Positions 51,074 to 64,000 of a stretch of 64,000 bases of DNA are shown here, one piece after another (the stretch's first letter is position 1; every line of letters starts with the position of its first letter). A program made the position numbers and the translations under genes. The DNA is from Escherichia coli (GTDB taxonomy: Bacteria > Pseudomonadota > Gammaproteobacteria > Enterobacterales > Enterobacteriaceae). The notes beneath the pieces were generated by a model that was not told the DNA's origin, did no database searches, and worked only from the letters and a program-made list of their open reading frames with translations. Location: the NCBI RefSeq assembly GCF_041886205.1, contig NZ_CP169029.1; one strand, 5' to 3'.

Positions 51074-52148
51074 GTGAAACCAGTAACGCTATACGATGTC
51101 GCAGAGTATGCCGGTGTCTCTTATCAGACCGTTTCCCGCGTGGTGAACCAGGCCAGCCACGTTTCTGCGAAAACGCGGGAAAAAGTGGAAGCGGCGATGG
51201 CGGAGCTGAATTACATTCCCAACCGCGTGGCACAACAACTGGCGGGCAAACAGTCGTTGCTGATTGGCGTTGCCACCTCCAGTCTGGCCCTGCACGCGCC
51301 GTCGCAAATTGTCGCAGCGATTAAATCTCGCGCCGATCAACTGGGTGCCAGCGTGGTGGTGTCGATGGTAGAACGAAGCGGCGTCGAAGCCTGTAAAGCG
51401 GCGGTGCACAATCTTCTCGCGCAACGCGTCAGTGGGCTGATCATTAACTATCCGCTGGATGACCAGGATGCCATTGCTGTGGAAGCTGCCTGCACTAATG
51501 TTCCGGCGTTATTTCTTGATGTCTCTGACCAGACACCCATCAACAGTATTATTTTCTCCCATGAAGACGGTACGCGACTGGGCGTGGAGCATCTGGTCGC
51601 ATTGGGTCACCAGCAAATCGCGCTGTTAGCGGGCCCATTAAGTTCTGTCTCGGCGCGTCTGCGTCTGGCTGGCTGGCATAAATATCTCACTCGCAATCAA
51701 ATTCAGCCGATAGCGGAACGGGAAGGCGACTGGAGTGCCATGTCCGGTTTTCAACAAACCATGCAAATGCTGAATGAGGGCATCGTTCCCACTGCGATGC
51801 TGGTTGCCAACGATCAGATGGCGCTGGGCGCAATGCGCGCCATTACCGAGTCCGGGCTGCGCGTTGGTGCGGATATCTCGGTAGTGGGATACGACGATAC
51901 CGAAGACAGCTCATGTTATATCCCGCCGTTAACCACCATCAAACAGGATTTTCGCCTGCTGGGGCAAACCAGCGTGGACCGCTTGCTGCAACTCTCTCAG
52001 GGCCAGGCGGTGAAGGGCAATCAGCTGTTGCCCGTCTCACTGGTGAAAAGAAAAACCACCCTGGCGCCCAATACGCAAACCGCCTCTCCCCGCGCGTTGG
52101 CCGATTCATTAATGCAGCTGGCACGACAGGTTTCCCGACTGGAAAGCG

Positions 52149-52156
<8 letters not shown>
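51074..52156 (+). CDS. lacI: Lactose operon repressor
   Basis: GTG start (VKPVTLYDVAEYAGVSYQTVSRVV); matches the LacI sequence as I recall it, including C-terminal tetramerisation helix. Confidence 0.97.
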
Positions 52157-55353
<3,197 letters not shown>

Positions 55354-55359
55354 TAATAA

Positions 55360-56658
<1,299 letters not shown>

Positions 56659-56723
56659 GCAATCAATGTCGGATGCGGCGCGAGCGCCTTATCCGACCAA
56701 CATATCAGGACGGAATGATCGCA

Positions 56724-57335
56724 ATGAACATGCCAATGACAGAAAGAATAAAAGCAGGCAAGCTATTTACCGATATGTGCGAAGGCTTACCGGAAAAAAG
56801 ACTTCGTGGGAAAACGTTAATGTATGAGTTTAATCACTCACATCCATCAGAAGTTGAAAAAAGGGAAAGCCTGCTTAAAGAAATGTTTGCCACGGTAGGG
56901 GAAAACGCCTGGGTAGAACCACCCGTCTATTTCTCTTACGGTTCCAACATCCATATAGGCCGCAATTTTTATGCAAATTTCAATTTAACTATTGTCGACG
57001 ACTACACGGTAACGATCGGTGATAACGTATTGATTGCACCCAATGTTACTCTTTCCGTTACGGGACACCCTGTACACCATGAATTGAGAAAAAACGGTGA
57101 GATGTACTCTTTTCCGATAACGATTGGCAATAACGTCTGGATCGGAAGTCATGTGGTTATTAATCCAGGCGTCACCATCGGGGATAATTCTGTTATTGGC
57201 GCGGGTAGTGTCGTCACAAAAGACATTCCACCAAACGTCGTGGCGACTGGCGTTCCTTGTCGGGTTATTCGCGAAATAAACGACCGGGATAAGCAATATT
57301 ATTTCAGAGATTACAAAGTTGAATCGTCAGTTTAA
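56724..57335 (+). CDS. lacA: Galactoside O-acetyltransferase
   Basis: 203-aa hexapeptide-repeat acyltransferase starting MNMPMTERI; upstream extension of the track ORF overlaps the lacY end. Confidence 0.95.
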   Translation: MNMPMTERIKAGKLFTDMCEGLPEKRLRGKTLMYEFNHSHPSEVEKRESLLKEMFATVGENAWVEPPVYFSYGSNIHIGRNFYANFNLTIVDDYTVTIGDNVLIAPNVTLSVTGHPVHHELRKNGEMYSFPITIGNNVWIGSHVVINPGVTIGDNSVIGAGSVVTKDIPPNVVATGVPCRVIREINDRDKQYYFRDYKVESSV

Positions 57336-57345
57336 ATTATAAAAA

Positions 57346-57445
57346 TTGCCTGATGCGCTTCGCTTATCAGGCCTACAAATTCAGTGATCTACGTAGGCCG
57401 CATCCGGCATGAACAAAGCGCAGGAACAAGCGTCGCATCATGCCT
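57346..57445. repeat. REP/BIME element between lacA and cynX
   Basis: GCCTGATGCGCTTCGCTTATCAGGCCTAC ... GTAGGCCGCATCCGGCATGAACAAAGCGCAGGAACAAGCGTCGCATCA. Confidence 0.85.
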
Positions 57446-58592
57446 CTTTGACCCACAGCTGCGGAAAACGTGCTGGTGCAAAACGCAGGGTTATGATCAT
57501 CAGCCCAACGACGCACAGCGCATGAAATACCCAGTCCATCAGGTAATTGCCGCTGATACTACGCAGCACGCCAGAAAACCACGGGGCAAGCCCGGCGATG
57601 ATAAAACCGATCCCCTGCATAAACGCCACCAGCTTGCCAGCAATAGCCGGTTGCACAGAGTGATCGAGAGCCAGCAGCAAACAGAGCGGAAATGCGCCAC
57701 CCAGACCTAACCCATACACCATCGCCCACAATACCGGCAATTGCAGCGGCAGCCAGATAAAGCCGCAGAACCCCACCAGTTGTAACACCAGCGCCAGCAT
57801 TAACAGTTTGCGCCGATCCTGATGGCGAGCCATAGCAGGCATCAGCAAAGCTCCTGCGGCTTGCCCAAGCGTCATCAATGCCAGCAAGGAACCGCTGTAC
57901 TGCGCGCTGGCACCAATCTCAATATAGAAAGCGGGTAACCAGGCAATCAGGCTGGCGTAACCACCGTTAATCAGACCGAAGTATAGGCCCAGCGTCCAGG
58001 CGCGGAGAGTAAATACCACGCGAACCGGAATGGTTGTTGTCTTGTGGGAAGAGGCGACCTCGTGGGTGCTTTGCCACCACCAGGCAAAGAGCGCAACAAC
58101 GGCAGGCAGCGCCCACCAGGCGAGTGTTTGATACCAGGTTTCGCTATGTTGAACTAACCAGGGCGTCAGGGCGGCACCAAGTCCACCGCCGCCCATCAGA
58201 GCCGCGGACCACAGCCCCATCACCAGTGGCGTGCGCTGCTGAAACCGCCGTTTAATCACCGAAGGCATCACTGCCTGAATGATGCCGATCCCCACCCCAC
58301 CAAGCAGTGCGCTGCTAAGCAGCAGCGCACTTTGGGGGTAAAGCTCACGCATCAATGCACCGACGGCAATCAGCAACAAACTGATGGCGACGCTGCGACG
58401 TTCGCTGACATGTTGATGAAGCCAGCTTCCGACCAGCGCCAGCCCGCCCATAGTGACCACCGGAAGAGCGGTCAACAGGGCAGCCACGCTAAAGCTCATT
58501 CCGCTCGCCTGGCGCAATTGCGGTAGCAGTGGCCCGACGGAGGTGAGCAGTGGTCGCATATTAAGACCAATCAGCACCAGTACCAGCAGCAT
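57438..58592 (-). CDS. cynX: Cyanate MFS transporter
   Basis: 384-aa MFS downstream of cynS; start trimmed to MLLVLVLIGLNMRPLL. Confidence 0.9.
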   Translation of the reverse strand: MLLVLVLIGLNMRPLLTSVGPLLPQLRQASGMSFSVAALLTALPVVTMGGLALVGSWLHQHVSERRSVAISLLLIAVGALMRELYPQSALLLSSALLGGVGIGIIQAVMPSVIKRRFQQRTPLVMGLWSAALMGGGGLGAALTPWLVQHSETWYQTLAWWALPAVVALFAWWWQSTHEVASSHKTTTIPVRVVFTLRAWTLGLYFGLINGGYASLIAWLPAFYIEIGASAQYSGSLLALMTLGQAAGALLMPAMARHQDRRKLLMLALVLQLVGFCGFIWLPLQLPVLWAMVYGLGLGGAFPLCLLLALDHSVQPAIAGKLVAFMQGIGFIIAGLAPWFSGVLRSISGNYLMDWVFHALCVVGLMIITLRFAPARFPQLWVKEA

Positions 58593-58624
58593 CGTGAACG
58601 TCTTTTGATGGTTGCGCATGGCTG

Positions 58625-59113
<489 letters not shown>

Positions 59114-59125
59114 TTAAAAATAAGG

Positions 59126-59785
59126 TTACGCTGCGGTCGGTTGGCGTAGCGGTATGGCACAAACGCGAGGATTAGCGGCCAGTGGCACAAACTGGCGGGT
59201 TGCGCCGTCAAAAGCTGCGATGCTGCCGCTTTCAATGTCGTAGACCCAGCCGTGCAGGGCGATCCGCCCCTCTTCGAGCGCCAGGCGCACCGATGGATGA
59301 GTTTGCAAATTAGCCAACTGAGCAATGACGTTTTCACGTACCATCGCCGCAGCTTTTGACGGTAAATCGGAATGCGGGCGCGCCTCATTAACGACGCGGG
59401 CTGAATCGGCATAACGCAGCCAGTGGGAGACGGCAGGCATATGGTCCATGCACTGACAGCTGGCAATGGCGGTCATCGCGCCACAGTTGGAATGACCACA
59501 AATCACAATGTCAGATACCCGAAGCGCAGCGACGGCATACTCCACCGAAGCAGAAACGCCACCGGGTTCCGGCCCGTAGGAAGGGACAATATTACCTGCG
59601 TTGCGAATAACGAACAGATCGCCAGGCTCACGTTGCGTCACCAGCTCAGGGACCAGACGGCTGTCGGAGCAGGAGATAAAAAGGGTGCGCGGGCTTTGCT
59701 GTGTCGCCAGCTGTTTAAATAAGGCTTCCCGCTTCGGAAATGCCTCGCGCTGGAATTTAAGGAATCCATCAATAATCTCTTTCAC
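59126..59785 (-). CDS. cynT: Beta-class carbonic anhydrase
   Basis: 219 aa with the Cys-Asp-Ser-Arg ... His ... Cys zinc-ligand pattern (SCSDSR, GHSNCG). Confidence 0.93.
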
Positions 59786-59894
59786 CGTTAACCTCTGTCT
59801 GTCTCTGGAATGAGAGGCAGACTACTCGCCGATTGTCATAAGGTAAAAGTCTCATTTATGATGAGTTCTATTGGATTTACTTATAGGTTGGCGA

Positions 59895-60794
59895 ATGCTC
59901 TCTCGACATATCAACTATTTTCTTGCCGTGGCTGAACATGGCAGCTTTACCCGTGCCGCCAGTGCGTTGCACGTCTCCCAGCCTGCGCTTTCCCAGCAGA
60001 TTCGCCAGTTAGAGGAGAGTTTAGGCGTGCCGCTGTTTGACCGTAGCGGGCGAACGATTCGTCTCACTGATGCAGGAGAAGTCTGGCGACAGTACGCCAG
60101 CCGGGCGTTACAGGAACTGTGGGCGGGTAAACGGGCGATTCATGATGTTGCCGATCTGACGCGAGGATCGCTGCGTATCGCCGTCACCCCCACCTTTACG
60201 AGCTACTTTATCGGCCCCTTAATGGCGGATTTCTATGCGCGCTACCCCGGCATCACGCTCCAGCTACAGGAAATGTCGCAGGAGAAAATCGAAGATCTGC
60301 TTTGTCGCGACGAGCTGGACGTTGGGATTGCCTTCGCGCCTGTGCATTCGCCGGAGCTGGAGGCAATGCCTTTACTGACAGAAAGTTTAGCGTTAGTGGT
60401 GGCGCAACATCATCCGCTGGCTGACCAGGAACAGGTGGCGTTGAGTCGCTTGCATGATGAAAAACTGGTCCTGCTCAGCGCGGAATTTGCCACCAGAGAG
60501 CAAATTGACCACTACTGCGAGAAAGCGGGGCTGCATCCACAGGTGGTCATTGAGGCGAACTCAATTAGCGCGGTTCTGGAGCTGATTCGCCGCACTTCCC
60601 TTTCCACATTGTTACCAGCAGCGATTGCCACACAACATGACGGGCTTAAAGCTATTTCTCTTGCCCCGCCACTACTGGAGAGAACGGCGGTTTTGTTGCG
60701 GCGGAAAAATAGCTGGCAGACAGCCGCCGCGAAGGCATTTTTGCACATGGCGTTGGATAAATGCGCGGTTGTTGGCGGAAATGAATCGCGGTAA
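59895..60794 (+). CDS. cynR: LysR-family regulator of the cyn operon
   Basis: LysR-type N-terminal HTH ([33 protein letters not shown]); divergent from cynTSX. Confidence 0.9.
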   Translation: MLSRHINYFLAVAEHGSFTRAASALHVSQPALSQQIRQLEESLGVPLFDRSGRTIRLTDAGEVWRQYASRALQELWAGKRAIHDVADLTRGSLRIAVTPTFTSYFIGPLMADFYARYPGITLQLQEMSQEKIEDLLCRDELDVGIAFAPVHSPELEAMPLLTESLALVVAQHHPLADQEQVALSRLHDEKLVLLSAEFATREQIDHYCEKAGLHPQVVIEANSISAVLELIRRTSLSTLLPAAIATQHDGLKAISLAPPLLERTAVLLRRKNSWQTAAAKAFLHMALDKCAVVGGNESR

Positions 60795-60806
60795 CCACTG
60801 ACACAA

Positions 60807-60892
60807 TTGCCTGATGCGCTACGCTTATCAGGCCTACGAGTTCAGTGCTCTACGTAGGCCGGATAAGGCGTTCACGCCGCATCCGGCATAAA
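60807..60892. repeat. REP/BIME element between cynR and codA
   Basis: GCCTGATGCGCTACGCTTATCAGGCCTAC ... GTAGGCCGGATAAGGCGTTCACGCCGCATCCGGCA. Confidence 0.85.
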
Positions 60893-60926
60893 CTACGCTC
60901 GCTTTGTCAACACACAGCCCAGCCGA

Positions 60927-62210
60927 TCACCGTTTGTAATCGATGGCTTCTGGCTGCTCCAGATATACGGTGGTTTGTGCCGGTTGTGTACTGGCAATCA
61001 CCTTGCCGCCACGTACCGAATAACGTACCGGAACCTGACGGCGCAGCGCATCAAATCCATTTTCAGCCGGCAGGATAATCAGGTTTGCGCTGTTTCCGGC
61101 GGCAATGCCGTAATCCTGCAAATTCAACGTTCTGGCACTGTGGTGGGTGATTAAATTCAGGCCATCGTTAATCTGCCCGTAGCCCATCAACTGGCAAACA
61201 TGCAGCCCCATATGCAGCACTTGCAGCATATTCGCCGTTCCCAGCGGATACCACGGGTCGAAGACATCATCGTGACCAAAGCAGACGTTAATGCCGGACT
61301 CCAGCATCTCTTTAACGCGCGTGATGCCGCGACGTTTTGGATACGTATCGAATCGTCCTTGCAGATGAATATTGACCAGCGGGTTGGCGACAAAGTTAAT
61401 ACCGGACATTTTCAGCAAGCGGAACAGACGTGAGGTATACGCCCCGTTATAGGAGTGCATTGCCGTGGTGTGGCTGGCGGTGACTTGCGCGCCCATGCCT
61501 TCACGGTGCGCCAGGGCAGCAACGGTTTCGACAAAGCGCGACTGCTCGTCATCGATCTCATCACAGTGAACGTCGATGAGACGGTCGTATTTTTGCGCCA
61601 GGGCGAAGGTTTTATGCAGCGACTCCACGCCGTATTCACGGGTAAATTCAAAATGCGGAATCGCCCCAACAACATCTGCCCCTAAGCGTAGCGCCTCTTC
61701 CAGCAGCTCTTCACCGTTGGGATACGACAAAATCCCTTCCTGCGGGAAGGCGACAATTTGCAGATCAATCCACGGCGCAACTTCCTGTTTCACTTCCAGC
61801 ATCGCTTTCAACGCAGTCAGCGTTGCGTCGGAGACATCGACATGGGTACGCACATGCTGAATGCCGTTGGCAATCTGCCATTTCAGCGTTTGCCATGCGC
61901 GTTGTTTCACGTCGTCATGGGTTAATAACGCTTTGCGCTCGGCCCAGCGTTCAATGCCTTCAAACAGCGTGCCGGACTGATTCCAGTTCGGTTGCCCGGC
62001 GGTTTGCGTGGTGTCCAGGTGAATATGCGGCTCCACAAATGGCGGTATAACTAAACCTTGTTCGGCATCCAGGCTGTTTTCAGTTACGGACATCACGCCG
62101 GATTGCGCATCAATGGCGCTGATTTTTCCGTCCTGCAGATGAATCTGCCACAGCCCCTCTTTGCCGGGTAACCGGGCGTTAATAATTGTATGTAAAGCGT
62201 TATTCGACAC
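60927..62210 (-). CDS. codA: Cytosine deaminase
   Basis: GTG start giving the 427-aa form (VSNNAL...); amidohydrolase HxH metal motif ([11 protein letters not shown]). Confidence 0.95.
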   Translation of the reverse strand: MSNNALHTIINARLPGKEGLWQIHLQDGKISAIDAQSGVMSVTENSLDAEQGLVIPPFVEPHIHLDTTQTAGQPNWNQSGTLFEGIERWAERKALLTHDDVKQRAWQTLKWQIANGIQHVRTHVDVSDATLTALKAMLEVKQEVAPWIDLQIVAFPQEGILSYPNGEELLEEALRLGADVVGAIPHFEFTREYGVESLHKTFALAQKYDRLIDVHCDEIDDEQSRFVETVAALAHREGMGAQVTASHTTAMHSYNGAYTSRLFRLLKMSGINFVANPLVNIHLQGRFDTYPKRRGITRVKEMLESGINVCFGHDDVFDPWYPLGTANMLQVLHMGLHVCQLMGYGQINDGLNLITHHSARTLNLQDYGIAAGNSANLIILPAENGFDALRRQVPVRYSVRGGKVIASTQPAQTTVYLEQPEAIDYKR

Positions 62211-63459
62211 TGTTAGCCTCCACACGCGTCATTGCAGCCGTCGTTTTGCGATTCAAAATCGGGTTAAGGATCAGATAGCTCAGCGCGCCACCTAATACCG
62301 CGTTGACCGGAACAATTCCCGGTAACCAGTGGCCTGCGGCAATCCCCAGCGCGACCGCCAGAATCGCCACCCAATTGACACTCATCATACGCGTGGTCGC
62401 AAAGTGCTCATAGCGGCGACGGTTCATCAGATAGTCAGCGATGATCACGCCCCCTACCGGAGGAATAGCTGCCGAAAGGAAGGTCAGCCAGCCGACAAAA
62501 TTGTTATACAGCCATAATGCGCAGACCGTACCGATAATACCGTTAATCACCGAAAGGGTTTTACTCGACATACCAGTAATGTTGGCGAAACCTAAACCCG
62601 ACGCATAGAGCGCGTTATCGTTGGTGGTCCAGATATTCAGCCCCAGCACCACAATCGCAGGCAGCAGCAGTCCCTGAGCAATCATCACATCAGAGATATC
62701 CGCCATCCCCAGTGCCGCAGCGCCCGCTGCACCGAAAATAAACATCAACGAGTTGCCGAGGAAAAAGGCCACCATCGCCACCAGCACCGCCAGTTTGGCA
62801 TTGCGACCAAACCGGACAAAGTCAGCGGTGAGCGTACCCGCACTGATAAATGACCCCACAACCAGCGCCAGCGCGACATTGAAATCTAATGGTTGTGCGG
62901 GAACGACCGCTTTTAATGCGTCCAGGCCGCCCATGCCGTTAACGGCCAGCCACACGGAATAACCGCCAAGACAGGCGATCGCCGGAACCGCAATCACCGA
63001 AAGAACTGTCAGCGCCGAAATGCCAAAGAAGACGGTGACGGTCATCAGTAAACCGGAAACGGCAATCAGCAAATTAATATCCAGCCCGGTTGCCTTGCCC
63101 ACCGGAATAGCAAACATCGCCACACCGACGCCAAACCAGCCAACCTGGGTGCCGCCCAGCAGCAGTGAAGGCAGCCATGAGCCTTTAACACCAAACGAGA
63201 AGCGAGCAAGAAGATGAGTGGTCAGGCCGGTTTTTGCGCCAATGTAACCGAGAAATGAAGTGTAAATACCGAGGAGAAGATTGCCGATGAGAACTGCGAG
63301 GAAGAAATCATGATAGCTAAGACCGGTTCCGAGAGTGCCGCCGGTCCACATACTGGCGGAAAAGAAGGTTAATCCCAGCATGACGAACGTCAATGCCAAT
63401 ACCCCTTTCCGCGCCGACTGCGGGACTGGCCCCTGGCTAAAGTTGTTATCTTGCGACAC
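62200..63459 (-). CDS. codB: Cytosine permease
   Basis: 419-aa NCS1-family polytopic membrane protein; its 3' end overlaps the codA start. Confidence 0.93.
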   Translation of the reverse strand: MSQDNNFSQGPVPQSARKGVLALTFVMLGLTFFSASMWTGGTLGTGLSYHDFFLAVLIGNLLLGIYTSFLGYIGAKTGLTTHLLARFSFGVKGSWLPSLLLGGTQVGWFGVGVAMFAIPVGKATGLDINLLIAVSGLLMTVTVFFGISALTVLSVIAVPAIACLGGYSVWLAVNGMGGLDALKAVVPAQPLDFNVALALVVGSFISAGTLTADFVRFGRNAKLAVLVAMVAFFLGNSLMFIFGAAGAAALGMADISDVMIAQGLLLPAIVVLGLNIWTTNDNALYASGLGFANITGMSSKTLSVINGIIGTVCALWLYNNFVGWLTFLSAAIPPVGGVIIADYLMNRRRYEHFATTRMMSVNWVAILAVALGIAAGHWLPGIVPVNAVLGGALSYLILNPILNRKTTAAMTRVEANSVE

Positions 63460-63524
63460 GAAATTCCCCCTTTTTGCTGTTTGAAACCCAAAAAATCCGC
63501 CGCATTCTATTCATCTGAAGATAA

Positions 63525-63543
63525 AAAGCAATCGTTTTCGTGG
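63525..63543 (-). promoter_or_regulatory. Candidate PurR box upstream of codB
   Basis: GCAATCGTTTTCGT resembles the PurR operator core (GCAAACGTTTNCNT) about 70 bp upstream of the codB start. Confidence 0.5.
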
Positions 63544-63611
63544 GGAAATATATTTTTTATATGAATGAGTGCAAAAAGGTGGGGGAAAAATTATCGGTGT
63601 AAAAACAGTGG

Positions 63612-63692
63612 GTAGGCATAATAAGACGCGGTAAGCGTCGCATCAGGCATCGGCGCATGGTGTCGGATGCGCCAGGCGACGCATCCGACAAC
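63612..63692. repeat. REP-like palindromes between codB and prpE
   Basis: GGTAGGCATAATAAGACGCGGTAAGCGTCGCATCAGGCATCGG then GTGTCGGATGCGCCAGGCGACGCATCCGACAAC hairpin. Confidence 0.75.
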
Positions 63693-63695
63693 ACC

Positions 63696-64000
63696 TTACT
63701 CTTCCATCGCCTGACGGATCTGATCCAACGACGCCGGATCATCAATGGTCGTCAGATCCCCCGGATCGCGTCCTTCGCAAATCGCCTGGATTGTGCGGCG
63801 CAGCATTTTTCCGGATCGCGTTTTTGGCAATTGCGAGACAAACCAGACGTGCGCCGGGCGGCCAAAGTTGCCAATCTGGCTGTCCACCAGCGCCATAATC
63901 GCCTTCTCTTGCGAATGCGCCACCTCACGATCTTCCAGACTATCGCTCTCTTTCGGAATGACAAACGCCACTGCCACCTGCCCTTTCAGCGCATCTTTCA
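63696..64000 (-). CDS. prpE: Propionate--CoA ligase, C-terminal part (5' end lies beyond the window end)
   Basis: Acyl-CoA synthetase C-terminus (LPKTRSGKMLRRTIQAI); the ORF continues past position 64000. Confidence 0.85.
   Translation of the reverse strand, partial: KDALKGQVAVAFVIPKESDSLEDREVAHSQEKAIMALVDSQIGNFGRPAHVWFVSQLPKTRSGKMLRRTIQAICEGRDPGDLTTIDDPASLDQIRQAMEE

Overview
This window reads as an Escherichia coli chromosomal segment covering the sbcC-araJ-mak-rdgC ... phoA ... tauABCD ... frm ... mhp ... lac ... cyn ... codBA-prpE neighbourhood, in the reverse orientation to the usual K-12 map. About 58 protein-coding genes are supported, almost all recognisable core metabolism, transport and regulation genes. 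No IS element, prophage, CRISPR array, tRNA or rRNA was seen. Gene identities rest on my recall of K-12 protein sequences and gene order, not on a database search. Two places depart from the K-12 layout as I remember it and are the main leads. (1) At 31152-38944 a compact six-gene cluster sits between tauA and frmR where K-12 has yaiO/yaiX/yaiP/yaiS: a UhpA-like response regulator, UhpB-like histidine kinase, UhpC-like MFS protein, then an AfuABC/FbpABC-type ABC importer. I read it as a sugar-phosphate sensing and uptake unit, which I believe has described counterparts in enteric pathogens. (2) At 5972-8712 an AT-rich, translationally coupled pair lies between rdgC and ppnP: a 762-aa signal-peptide repeat protein and a 151-aa partner, neither of which I can assign to a family. 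This is the best candidate for something uncharacterised. In addition, yaiT is an intact 980-aa autotransporter here, and lacZ and the lac promoter carry a few differences from the K-12 sequence, so the strain is not K-12. Several regulatory sites and REP/BIME repeat clusters are also listed. Motif coordinates counted by hand may be off by 1-2 bp; CDS coordinates follow the supplied ORF track with starts trimmed where the known N-terminus is recognisable.
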